Source of the DNA: Candidatus Thorarchaeota archaeon
GTDB lineage: Archaea; Asgardarchaeota; Thorarchaeia; Thorarchaeales; Thorarchaeaceae
Direction: 5' to 3'
Length of the DNA: 18,999 nt
NCBI GenBank assembly: GCA_004524445.1
Contig: SDNP01000042.1
Location: forward strand, 1 to 18,999
Shown: piece by piece, positions 6,651 to 15,033 of the stretch
How the letters are laid out: each line of letters opens with the position of its first letter
How positions within the stretch are numbered: position 1 is the stretch's first letter
Notes under the pieces: model-generated
What the model was told of the DNA's origin: nothing
What the model saw: only the letters and a program-made list of their open reading frames with translations
Database searches by the model: none
Made by a program: the position numbers and the translations under genes

Positions 6651-7649
6651 TCATCTACGTCGGTACAGAATGATAGTCATAGCGGCTATGACTGGAACGA
6701 CGATGACAACCAGCCATTCGACCTGGATGGGAGGTTCAGGTAGGAAACTTGTGATTCCTGTTTGTTGTTCGTGCAGGAAGCTCTCTAGAACACTGCCCAC
6801 TGCCTCAAGGCTGTCGCCACTACATTTGTCCGGCGTATCCTCTCGAGTGTGCCAATACCAAGGGAAGGGATAATGAATAAGATCGACTGCTGGAATTCCA
6901 GCATCAATAAATGGCCTATGGTCATCAATGATGGAACCGCCAGCTGTATCAAGAAACACGTCACTATATCCTAGGGTGTCGGCTTTTTCCCAAATGCGAT
7001 TCTGCAACGAATCTGTTGAGAACCTTTCTCGAGGGATACGCAATGATTCGTCACCCACCATATCAGCCAAAATCATACCACGAATGGCGGTTCTCTCCTG
7101 TTCACTTAGCAAATCTACGTACTTGCTCGATCCAACAATCCAGTCCCATCCATTTATTTCTCCTGAATCTTCAGCATCAAAAAAGACGAACTCAACGATG
7201 GATCGGGTCTTCTCGGGAAGCGAATTTGCAAGTTCTAAGAGAACAGCCACACCACTAGCTCCGTCATTAGCACCTAGGACAGGCAGAGTGCGATTCTCTA
7301 TGGCGGGATCTTGGTCCGCAAGTGGGCGGGTATCATAATGGGCACCGAGAACGAATCGGGATTGGTTCGGATTCTGGCTTTTTGCGATGATATTGACACA
7401 TTTCGTATCACGATAGGTGAAATTCTGTAGTTCAACAACCCAACCTGATGACTCGATTTGATCCGTGATATATTCACGACATTTGCTCAGATTGTCAGAG
7501 CCCGGAGGGCGTGGACCAAAGGAACACTGGGCTTCTAGATATTCAAATGCAGAGTTGCCGTCGAAGATAGGCTCATAGGAGGTTTGGTTCGATATAGGAC
7601 GGGGATTAAGGGTGATCAAGAGTAGAATAAAGATGAAATATCTATGCAT
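6651..7649 (-). CDS. M28-family zinc peptidase / glutaminyl-peptide cyclotransferase-like protein, secreted and C-terminally membrane anchored
   Basis: Motifs FGPRPPGS, GAHYDTR, GANDGASGVAVLLELA, FFDAEDSG, DMVGD, IDDHRPF and WHTREDT. Signal peptide; C-terminal TM helix followed by YRRR. Confidence 0.88.
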   Translation of the reverse strand: MHRYFIFILLLITLNPRPISNQTSYEPIFDGNSAFEYLEAQCSFGPRPPGSDNLSKCREYITDQIESSGWVVELQNFTYRDTKCVNIIAKSQNPNQSRFVLGAHYDTRPLADQDPAIENRTLPVLGANDGASGVAVLLELANSLPEKTRSIVEFVFFDAEDSGEINGWDWIVGSSKYVDLLSEQERTAIRGMILADMVGDESLRIPRERFSTDSLQNRIWEKADTLGYSDVFLDTAGGSIIDDHRPFIDAGIPAVDLIHYPFPWYWHTREDTPDKCSGDSLEAVGSVLESFLHEQQTGITSFLPEPPIQVEWLVVIVVPVIAAMTIILYRRR

Positions 7650-7693
7650 CTTCTGCGACCAAGTTCAGTGAGTCATGACAACCTAAGAATCTT

Positions 7694-8920
7694 TCACTTT
7701 TGGGAACTGATACGTGAACGTACCATCTTTTGAATAACGGACGGAAGCTCTGAGGGGAGTTCTCGTAGGATAATGAGAGGTAGGTCAACATATCCAATAT
7801 CTCCACGTGCTAAGCCCGCCAGAATTTTATGGGAAATTTCGTGACCTTCTGCTTTCTTCAAAAGCCACTCAGCAAATGATGTGCCTCGTAGTCCGAACCA
7901 TTCAGCTACTTGAAAATTACCCCTGAATTCTTGCCTGCACGAGTCGTGGTATTTCATCAGGTGCTTCGCGGATGCCCATTCTTTTTCTCTACACTCTTGT
8001 ATTGTGTTAACGGCAAGTACAGCAGACCGCATTGCATATGCTATACCCTCCCCCATTAGAGGATCAACGAATCCAGCAGCATCTCCAACCAACACGGCCC
8101 GTTTGCATACATTGGGCCCAAGCACGCCTCGTCCCCCTAAGAAGTATGTGTAGCGTTTGTCTATGGGAAGGTCGATTCCGAGGTGACTTTCCATTCGCGT
8201 GTGGAAGCGGTTGAAAATCGGTCGCAAGGGATGCATGTGGGCACTTGCTCCTGCTACACCTATTGCTAGGTGATCCTTCTTTGCGAATACCCATCCATAG
8301 CTGAGCCTGTTTTTTACCGGGATTATCTGCAACACTTCTGGGCGTCCATTCATAGCCTCCATAACGGCTTCTTCCCCAACATGAACATGAGTTTCCATTC
8401 CTAATCCAATGCTATGGGGTTCCCTCCTCTTTGGACGAAGTCCCAATGATCTACTCACTATCGAATTGACTCCATCTGCTCCGATGAGATAGGACCCTTT
8501 GAATTCTCGACCGTTTCTTAATCTGACAGTAGCGCATTCTTCATCAGCACAAGCAGCCACAACCTCCGCCTCTTCAAGAAGGGTTGCTCCCCTTGACTCC
8601 GCGCGTCGAGCCAAGAATTCATCGAATTTGCTTCGAAATACAGTAATCCCAAGTTTCTCCTTGGACACAAACTCTGCCTCTTCGGAGTCAGGAAAAACGA
8701 ACTTCAAGCCGAATATTTTTCTCTCCATTATTCTTGGAGGAATTCTTTCATCAATCACGTTTAACGCACGCTGCATAACAGCTCCGCCGCATGGTTTGAT
8801 TCTAGGTAGAGAATGTTTTTCCAAGAGAAGAGTATCTAGTCCTGCCATAGCTGCTTGGTACGCTGCCGTTGCCCCCGCGGGTCCTGCTCCAACAATAATG
8901 ACATCATACTTCATTACCAT
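7694..8920 (-). CDS. Geranylgeranyl reductase family FAD-dependent oxidoreductase
   Basis: YDVIIVGAGPAGATAA Rossmann motif, PRIKPCGG, R..FDEFL, IGADGVNS, YGWVF and LVGDAAGFVDPLMGEGIAYA. Start is likely ATG 8920 or 8914 (ORF open to 8956). Confidence 0.9.
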   Translation of the reverse strand: MVMKYDVIIVGAGPAGATAAYQAAMAGLDTLLLEKHSLPRIKPCGGAVMQRALNVIDERIPPRIMERKIFGLKFVFPDSEEAEFVSKEKLGITVFRSKFDEFLARRAESRGATLLEEAEVVAACADEECATVRLRNGREFKGSYLIGADGVNSIVSRSLGLRPKRREPHSIGLGMETHVHVGEEAVMEAMNGRPEVLQIIPVKNRLSYGWVFAKKDHLAIGVAGASAHMHPLRPIFNRFHTRMESHLGIDLPIDKRYTYFLGGRGVLGPNVCKRAVLVGDAAGFVDPLMGEGIAYAMRSAVLAVNTIQECREKEWASAKHLMKYHDSCRQEFRGNFQVAEWFGLRGTSFAEWLLKKAEGHEISHKILAGLARGDIGYVDLPLIILRELPSELPSVIQKMVRSRISSQK

Positions 8921-9056
8921 TATTGAATCCCACATTAAGGAATAGGTTCCAACCACTCCACGATTTGAGAACGCTGTTCTCTAGTTTCAGCATTCGTATT
9001 TGGATTTAATTAATACTATCCTAGCAAGCATATATACAAAAATCGATGAGTGTGTT

Positions 9057-9644
9057 TCATATATCGCGGCAATCTTCACAGCCTTGGCGATTAATTAAGC
9101 CCAAACGGCGCATGATTTTCCCGCCTGGTTGTTCAGGAGCAGGTCCCCCAGGAGGTGTTTCGGTGGGGATGTCCCTCCTGCCCACCTCTTTGAATCCATA
9201 AGCCTGAACGAGCATCAATGAGGGGGTGTTTTCCTCATATATCTCTGTATAGACTTCTTCAACCCCCGCATCGATGAAGTATTCCGACGATTTGCGAATC
9301 AGAGCTGTTGCAACACCGCGACGTCTACGACTGGGTGCCACCCCGAGGCCTGTTATTTCACCATAAATGGATTCCTCTTCCTTCTCAACAAAGCAAGCGA
9401 TGAATCCAACAAGAGAGCCCCACATCTCTGCCACAAAGATACCTTCGGTTTCCATCTTCTGGGCATCCTCTTCAGTCAGTGGGCAAAAGGGGTCAGGAGA
9501 GGCAAGAAATGCGCGATTGTACAAATCGACAAACTCACTCATTTCTTCAGGCTTCAAAGCTCGCACACGAACATACTTCGGAATCTCCTTTTCATCCCAC
9601 CATTCTTCTGCTAATTCTAGAGCCTCTTCTGCATCTGCTTTCAT
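9057..9644 (-). CDS. GNAT family N-acetyltransferase with Pro-rich tail and terminal CxxC
   Basis: Acetyl-CoA motif LGVAPSRRRRGVATALI and motif B N.PSL.L....GF. Start uncertain (ATG 9644; ORF open to 9731). Confidence 0.85.
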   Translation of the reverse strand: MKADAEEALELAEEWWDEKEIPKYVRVRALKPEEMSEFVDLYNRAFLASPDPFCPLTEEDAQKMETEGIFVAEMWGSLVGFIACFVEKEEESIYGEITGLGVAPSRRRRGVATALIRKSSEYFIDAGVEEVYTEIYEENTPSLMLVQAYGFKEVGRRDIPTETPPGGPAPEQPGGKIMRRLGLINRQGCEDCRDI

Positions 9645-9740
9645 GATAAGGTATGATTTTGTTCCCATCTGCTGAGATGAATCTGCTTTGCCTGATGGCA
9701 ATATTAGTCCCCACTCCCATTTGCGGTGCACTTAGCAAGC

Positions 9741-10502
9741 TCAACTGTATAGTTTATCAATGGCGCTTATGGTAGCCTCTATCTCTTTTTCTACCGCCTC
9801 AATCATAAGGGGATTCTGTTCGCCTGTTTCTTCTGTTTCATCTTCCTGTTCTCCTTTTTGACCGGTGTGCAGGTTACCATCACAGGCGAGAATGGAAGCG
9901 GCTTCCAATCCTTTGGTCTGAGCGAACACATAGAGCATCGAACTCTCCATCTCGACACATTTCACCCTAGCCTTGGTCCAAATGTCCAACTGGTTATTGG
10001 CTTCACCCACATAATAGACATCGCTGGTCCAGCAAATGCCCGAATGAACCCGATCGTGTGGCAACAATTTCTTGATTTCATCATACAATGCGGCGTAGAG
10101 CTCCGGTGTAGCAACAGCTGGATATTCCATGGGAGCATAATTTAGACTTGTACGTTCATCACGGATACAGGCAGTCGGTACCACCACATCACCCGTTTGT
10201 ACAGCCAAGCTGATTCCTCCACAGGATCCTACCCTGATGAATGTCTTTGCGCCAACATTGGCAAATTCTTCCACGCAAATATGGGTAGAGGGCGTTCCAA
10301 TACCAGTGCCCGATATATTCAGTGGCACGCCTTTTGGTGTATATGCCCTATACGTGACAAAACCCCGATAACGAGCCACTTCTTCTGCATCTTTCATCTT
10401 TGCTGCGATTTTGGGAACTCTATCCGGATTGCCTGCGATAAGAACAATTTCCTCTACATCATCCTCTCCAACTCGCAAATGAGGTTGAACTCTCTTTTTC
10501 AT
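9741..10502 (-). CDS. Uridine/purine nucleoside phosphorylase (PNP_UDP_1 family)
   Basis: Motifs QPHL, GNPDRV, TGIGTPS, FIRVGSCGG, RDERTS..Y.P..YPAVA, SDVYY and VEMESS. ATG 10502 preceded by GGTGG. Confidence 0.92.
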   Translation of the reverse strand: MKKRVQPHLRVGEDDVEEIVLIAGNPDRVPKIAAKMKDAEEVARYRGFVTYRAYTPKGVPLNISGTGIGTPSTHICVEEFANVGAKTFIRVGSCGGISLAVQTGDVVVPTACIRDERTSLNYAPMEYPAVATPELYAALYDEIKKLLPHDRVHSGICWTSDVYYVGEANNQLDIWTKARVKCVEMESSMLYVFAQTKGLEAASILACDGNLHTGQKGEQEDETEETGEQNPLMIEAVEKEIEATISAIDKLYS

Positions 10503-10598
10503 AATATCCACCGTAACCAGAAGGTCGAATTCGGTATGACATGTCTTTTTGCATGCTGCTTGATAATATCTTTGATGGTCGTCGAAAAACAGCATTAT

Positions 10599-10787
10599 TT
10601 AGCGGGACTCTATTCGTTTCAAAATGCATTCAACGCATACCTTGTCATCAGCTATCTGGAACACTTTGCCAAACTGAGGGTGTGAACATCCGCAGCTTTC
10701 ACATGGGCCTACTTCATGCTCGTAATTTTCCGTCAGGAAAACTATCAGTAACGAAAGCAGTTTGGTTGAATCCGCTGACACCTGCAA
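10599..10787 (-). CDS. Putative small zinc-finger protein (CxxC-x18-CxxC); start uncertain
   Basis: GPCESCG...KVCVEC in an otherwise empty gap between genes, co-oriented with the downstream phosphorylase. Confidence 0.5.
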   Translation of the reverse strand: MQVSADSTKLLSLLIVFLTENYEHEVGPCESCGCSHPQFGKVFQIADDKVCVECILKRIESR

Positions 10788-10929
10788 TCTTGGTCAACAT
10801 CCATTAATATGGTTCATCAGTGCACCTTATTATCTCATTGGAATTCATTTCATGGAGTCCAACAAGATCTTTTTGAACAGGCAGAGGTATCCATAACAGG
10901 CTGAAAAGCATGGTTAACCAAGGATTGTA

Positions 10930-11304
10930 ATGGTGAATTTCACATACTATTGCTATTTATGTGTAAAAAAGAATTCTTTGGAACTCCCTGCACCTGGAGC
11001 ACCCGAGAATCATCACGCAGACTTGAAGTGTGAGAAGTGCGGAAACAACACACACGTCCTGACATCTTCCTATCCGGGTGAAGAGTGCAATCGCTATCTA
11101 TACTGGATTAATGTCAGCTCCGTCCCTAGCCTAGTAACAGGATTTGCAGAATACATGGTACAGAACATGCAGAAACTAATCGACTCAGCGGCTGAACAGT
11201 GTGTGAAGATTGGAATTAATACCCCAAATACATTTCTAATTCATGCCAAGCGCCGATGTGGACCTGAATTGACGGTAGAGATAGAAGTATGTGATTCATA
11301 CTAG
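10930..11304 (+). CDS. Cys-rich hypothetical protein (zinc-ribbon-like), possibly degenerate
   Basis: YYCYLC and KCEKCG knuckles plus half-motifs YPGEEC and RRCG. The only substantial ORF in this gap. Confidence 0.7.
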   Translation: MVNFTYYCYLCVKKNSLELPAPGAPENHHADLKCEKCGNNTHVLTSSYPGEECNRYLYWINVSSVPSLVTGFAEYMVQNMQKLIDSAAEQCVKIGINTPNTFLIHAKRRCGPELTVEIEVCDSY

Positions 11305-11338
11305 TCGGATGCTCATCTTACATGCATCGACACAGAAC

Positions 11339-12643
11339 TCAACATAGATAATGAAACAGGTAGCTTTCTCTCTTCGGGAACAGGGCTTCAATTAGGTCTT
11401 CATATTGTTTTTCAATGACAAAATCAGCATCAAATTCGCTGAGTTCATGAAGTCCATTTGCCCCCAAGAGTAAACGAGTAAATTTGCTTGGTGGTGCTCG
11501 TAGCATGCCCCCATGTCCTATCATCGGTTTTGGACTTGTTTTGATTTTGACAATTTTTCCATCTTGGAATATCAATGTATAGAGGGCGAGATAGGTGTTG
11601 ATTTCAACATCCAAATTTAGACGCTGATATGGGGTTCCTATGAGCCGTTCTTCTAATGCCTTTCGGACACGCCAAAGAAAACGCTCCGGACAGGGTATCA
11701 GAATCTGATATTTCCAACCCCGTGTCATTTTCCCACCTAGGGAAAGAGCTAACTTGCTCGGATGTGATTCAGTCGTTCCGGGAAGATAAACTTCCTGAAT
11801 CTTATTCCTCAGACCTTGTTCTTGTAGATAGTGTAGCAAGGCAAGCGTACAGCGATAATTGGGAGTCACTGCCTCAAATACGGTGAGTGTTTTCTTCTTA
11901 ATCATTCCATTGGGTGCCTTAGGTATGGTTTCGCGAAAGTATCCACAGACTTCACCACCCTTTTCGATTACTTTTGTATGAAATTTCTCAGATTCATACA
12001 TACTGGTTTCTTCTTGAGTTAGCCACAATTCCTTGCTTCTCTCAGCAGCAACCAGGAGTTTGGCTACAGTTTCTCGGTACAACCGGAGAAGACAGTCTAG
12101 GTCCCTTTTCTCTGCCAACCTTATGGTATATGCATCTTCGTAATCCACCTCTTTTTGCTTAGGAGGCAGCTGATCTGGTCTGATACTCACCCGACGATTC
12201 AATGGAAGCATGAAATCGTATCCGTATTTTCGATAAAAGAAAGGAATGCCCTGAATTGCTGAAATTTCATACTCACCTTTGTGAAGCGCGATGTTGAAGA
12301 GCTTGTAGAGCGCATGAAAGAGACCTTGTTTCCTGTAAGCCTCACGTGTACCCACAAACCCCAATTCCAAATTTCTGATTTCTATTCCTTCATAGCTCCA
12401 AGTGCTGGGGATTGCATTCAGGCACGCGACCATCTCTCCTGTGTCGAGGTCACGTAAGTAGAAGTTGCTTTCAAGCCCAAATCCAGGATAATGCTCAATT
12501 AACCGCTCCAGCATTAAGGCATCAGTTTCATCATGAATGGCCCTATTGAGTTCAACAAGCTCTCGATGTTCTTCAGGAGTCTCTACACATCCGTATACAA
12601 AACCGTCAGGAGGCAGGGGCCAATCATTTCTATTCGACATCAA
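11339..12643 (-). CDS. Eis-like tandem-GNAT acetyltransferase with probable SCP2-like C-terminal domain
   Basis: VGTREAYRKQGL (acetyl-CoA motif), IQGIPFFYRKYGY, a second GNAT start TIRLAEKRDL..L..LY, and C-terminal LLLG...L.EL...LIEALFPK. Confidence 0.85.
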   Translation of the reverse strand: MMSNRNDWPLPPDGFVYGCVETPEEHRELVELNRAIHDETDALMLERLIEHYPGFGLESNFYLRDLDTGEMVACLNAIPSTWSYEGIEIRNLELGFVGTREAYRKQGLFHALYKLFNIALHKGEYEISAIQGIPFFYRKYGYDFMLPLNRRVSIRPDQLPPKQKEVDYEDAYTIRLAEKRDLDCLLRLYRETVAKLLVAAERSKELWLTQEETSMYESEKFHTKVIEKGGEVCGYFRETIPKAPNGMIKKKTLTVFEAVTPNYRCTLALLHYLQEQGLRNKIQEVYLPGTTESHPSKLALSLGGKMTRGWKYQILIPCPERFLWRVRKALEERLIGTPYQRLNLDVEINTYLALYTLIFQDGKIVKIKTSPKPMIGHGGMLRAPPSKFTRLLLGANGLHELSEFDADFVIEKQYEDLIEALFPKRESYLFHYLC

Positions 12644-12716
12644 GAATCACATAGCTTCTATTTGTTTGGTACTATTATTGTTAATAGAACGGGTGAAAGA
12701 TGAGGATTTCCTCTTA

Positions 12717-13379
12717 TTATCTGATTCCTCTCTCTGAGAAAAAGGAACAATTCTCTCGCAAAGGGCACTGTTTGCAGTGTGGTTGCTTGTGAAGGCAGAT
12801 TGCAGATACAAAATCTATCACACCCCAGTAGAAGCGTTGGTCATGGTCCGGACCAGCCACATTATCGGCAAATTGCCAAGCCCCTTCATCTTCAGCACCA
12901 TCAAAATCGGTGCCAAAGAGCCGGTTCAAAAAGAAGACAATATTCCCATCAATCAGTGGTTCAGGAATCGAGAATGCAAAGTTTCGTACGGCGCAAGCGG
13001 TGTATCTTCCTACTCCAGGGAGATTCTCCAAATTACTGGAAGCTGACTTTACACTTCCATTATACCTCTCAACAAGGATAGCTGCTGTTCTTTGTAGATG
13101 TTTAGCACGGACGGATTGCAGCCCAAGAGGCGTAATGAGGGATTCAACCTTACGCCTACTGAGATTCATGAGGGCTTCAGGGGTTCCGGCAACTTTGAGA
13201 AGCGAGGGGTAAACCCGCATGACGGCTGCGGCAGTAGTTCTTCTGAGTAACATCTCTGCCACAAGAACATGAAATGGGTCGTCATCGTATCTCCAAGGAA
13301 AATCTCGGCCGTGCTCTTCGAACCATTCGATTATGGTTTCTTTTACTCTTTTGTAAAAATTGGATTTTTGGTTCAACAC
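12717..13379 (-). CDS. HhH-GPD DNA glycosylase with [4Fe-4S] cluster, MIG-like (T:G/U:G mismatch) rather than MutY
   Basis: RDFPWR, LVAEMLLRRT, HhH LPGVGRYTA, catalytic Asp in IDGN, and FCL motif C-x6-C-x2-C-x5-C (CLHKQPHCKQCPLRENC). No MutT-like C-terminal domain. Confidence 0.85.
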   Translation of the reverse strand: MLNQKSNFYKRVKETIIEWFEEHGRDFPWRYDDDPFHVLVAEMLLRRTTAAAVMRVYPSLLKVAGTPEALMNLSRRKVESLITPLGLQSVRAKHLQRTAAILVERYNGSVKSASSNLENLPGVGRYTACAVRNFAFSIPEPLIDGNIVFFLNRLFGTDFDGAEDEGAWQFADNVAGPDHDQRFYWGVIDFVSAICLHKQPHCKQCPLRENCSFFSERGIR

Positions 13380-13391
13380 CCATTCAATCTC

Positions 13392-13955
13392 CTATTGCAG
13401 CCCAATCAGTTCCTTTGCTTTCTGAAGGATTTTCTTTGGGTCATTGATTACACATGTGTCTTGAAAATTCCGAATAATATCGACATTATCAACATCTACC
13501 TTACGTGGTCTAATTCTTATGATGCGCCCACCGGGATCTATGGTATCTATGTTACCTAGGACTTGGTCTACTGGAAACAGGATGATAGGAGTATAGCCCC
13601 CCTTCAATGTTTGAGCTACTGCATTAGTGACCAGGGTGTCTGCAATTCCATGGGCTATTTTTGCGGCAGAGTTTGCAGTGAGGGGAGCTACAATCAATAG
13701 GTCATAATGCCCAACCTGGAGGGGTCCTGCAACAAAGGGATTGTTAGCGCTTTTTTCAACCATGACGTCATTAAATACCTCATGGATACGTTCAGTAAGA
13801 CCGTACCACTGAATAACCTCGACTCCGGCTAGTGATATTATACATGAAACGTCCATAGATTCAATTTCATTAAGAACTGCTGCGACTTCCAAAATCTCCT
13901 TTAGCTTATCTCCTGAGCCAGTGATTGCCCAAAGAATCCGTTTCATCTCACTCAC
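13392..13955 (-). CDS. afpA: Archaeoflavoprotein AfpA (FMN-binding flavoprotein family)
   Basis: Motifs WAITGSGDKL, ANNPFVAGPLQVGHYD, APLTANSAAKIAHGIADTLVTNAV and RKVDVDNV are typical of AfpA. Confidence 0.85.
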   Translation of the reverse strand: MSEMKRILWAITGSGDKLKEILEVAAVLNEIESMDVSCIISLAGVEVIQWYGLTERIHEVFNDVMVEKSANNPFVAGPLQVGHYDLLIVAPLTANSAAKIAHGIADTLVTNAVAQTLKGGYTPIILFPVDQVLGNIDTIDPGGRIIRIRPRKVDVDNVDIIRNFQDTCVINDPKKILQKAKELIGLQ

Positions 13956-14042
13956 GAAATAGTACGAATGACCACAAATATCTAACTAAACCTATGCAAG
14001 CCTTCATTTGGAAGTAGTGGAATTTCAATCCGAGGGAAGAAT

Positions 14043-15020
14043 TTGTACAAGCTCAGCATCGGGATGACTACCAATATGAAGACATCAGCCACGCAATGGT
14101 TGGCAGGGAATGCCGATAGATTGGGAGCGCACCGCATTTGGATTGGTGAGGACATCGGACTAGGGCAAGACATCTTCGTATTGACAGCGGCAACACTACT
14201 AGAGTCAGATAGAGTACAAGTGGGCACAGGTATCACTCCGATCAGTGTTCACAATCTCACTACTCTCGCAAGGGCAGGCATGACATTGCAGCAGATTTCC
14301 AATGACAGATTCATATTTGGCACAGGGATTGGAGGGCTTCAGGACCTTGAGAGACGCGGAATTGAAATCGAGAAACCCGTGACCGTGTTACGAGAGGGCG
14401 TGAAAGCCTTGAGGAAACTATGGAACGGCGAAAAAGTGACGGTCAGTAACGAGCTGTTTGATATTCAAGGCTATTCGTTGAGGTCGTCGAATAACTTGAA
14501 TATACCCATCTTTCTCGGGGTTAGAGGACCTCAGATGCTCAGACTGGCAGGGAAGATTGCAGACGGAGTTATTCTATCAGGACCCATAGACTATCTTCAA
14601 TATGCAATAGAAAGGGTGAATAAAGCTGCCAAAGATAATGGAAGAAGGCCCGATGAGATAGAGAAGTTGGTCTGGTTGCCAACGATTCCTACATTCAAGG
14701 GAGGGAATGAGAAGCTGGCCAAAAGAGTTGTAGCAGTGGTAGCAGCAGATATGCCCCAGACGGTTCTGGACATGCTCAGTATTGATAGAGAAAAACTGGA
14801 CGCATTGGTAAATGCAGTCGCCTCATCAGGTGCCCAAGATGCAACAGAGTATGTTGACGAAGAAATTATGAATATGTTTGCAATCACCGGAACCAAGGCA
14901 CAAATGATTGAGATTTTTTCCTCCATTGCAAAGCTTGGAGCCAACGAAATTCTTGTGGGACCGCCATTCTCCGGAAACTGGAGAACTGCACTTGAAGAAA
15001 TATTCGCTGAAATCGAATGA
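14043..15020 (+). CDS. Luciferase-like (LLM) Mer-related oxidoreductase, probably F420-dependent
   Basis: Motifs VGTGI, LARAGMTLQQISNDRFIFGTGIG, IPIFLGVRGPQMLRLAGKIADGVIL and LGANEILVGPPF. Confidence 0.88.
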   Translation: MYKLSIGMTTNMKTSATQWLAGNADRLGAHRIWIGEDIGLGQDIFVLTAATLLESDRVQVGTGITPISVHNLTTLARAGMTLQQISNDRFIFGTGIGGLQDLERRGIEIEKPVTVLREGVKALRKLWNGEKVTVSNELFDIQGYSLRSSNNLNIPIFLGVRGPQMLRLAGKIADGVILSGPIDYLQYAIERVNKAAKDNGRRPDEIEKLVWLPTIPTFKGGNEKLAKRVVAVVAADMPQTVLDMLSIDREKLDALVNAVASSGAQDATEYVDEEIMNMFAITGTKAQMIEIFSSIAKLGANEILVGPPFSGNWRTALEEIFAEIE

Positions 15021-15033
15021 GGGGTATTCTTCC

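Noticed and set aside
11305-11330. Hairpin terminator between convergent genes (TCGGATGC...GCATCGA)
   Set aside because: Short imperfect stem with no U-tract; too weak to call.
14908-15033. N-terminal extension of the second LLM ORF as given in the ORF track
   Set aside because: It overlaps the upstream gene. The LLM fold and an RBS point to ATG 15034.
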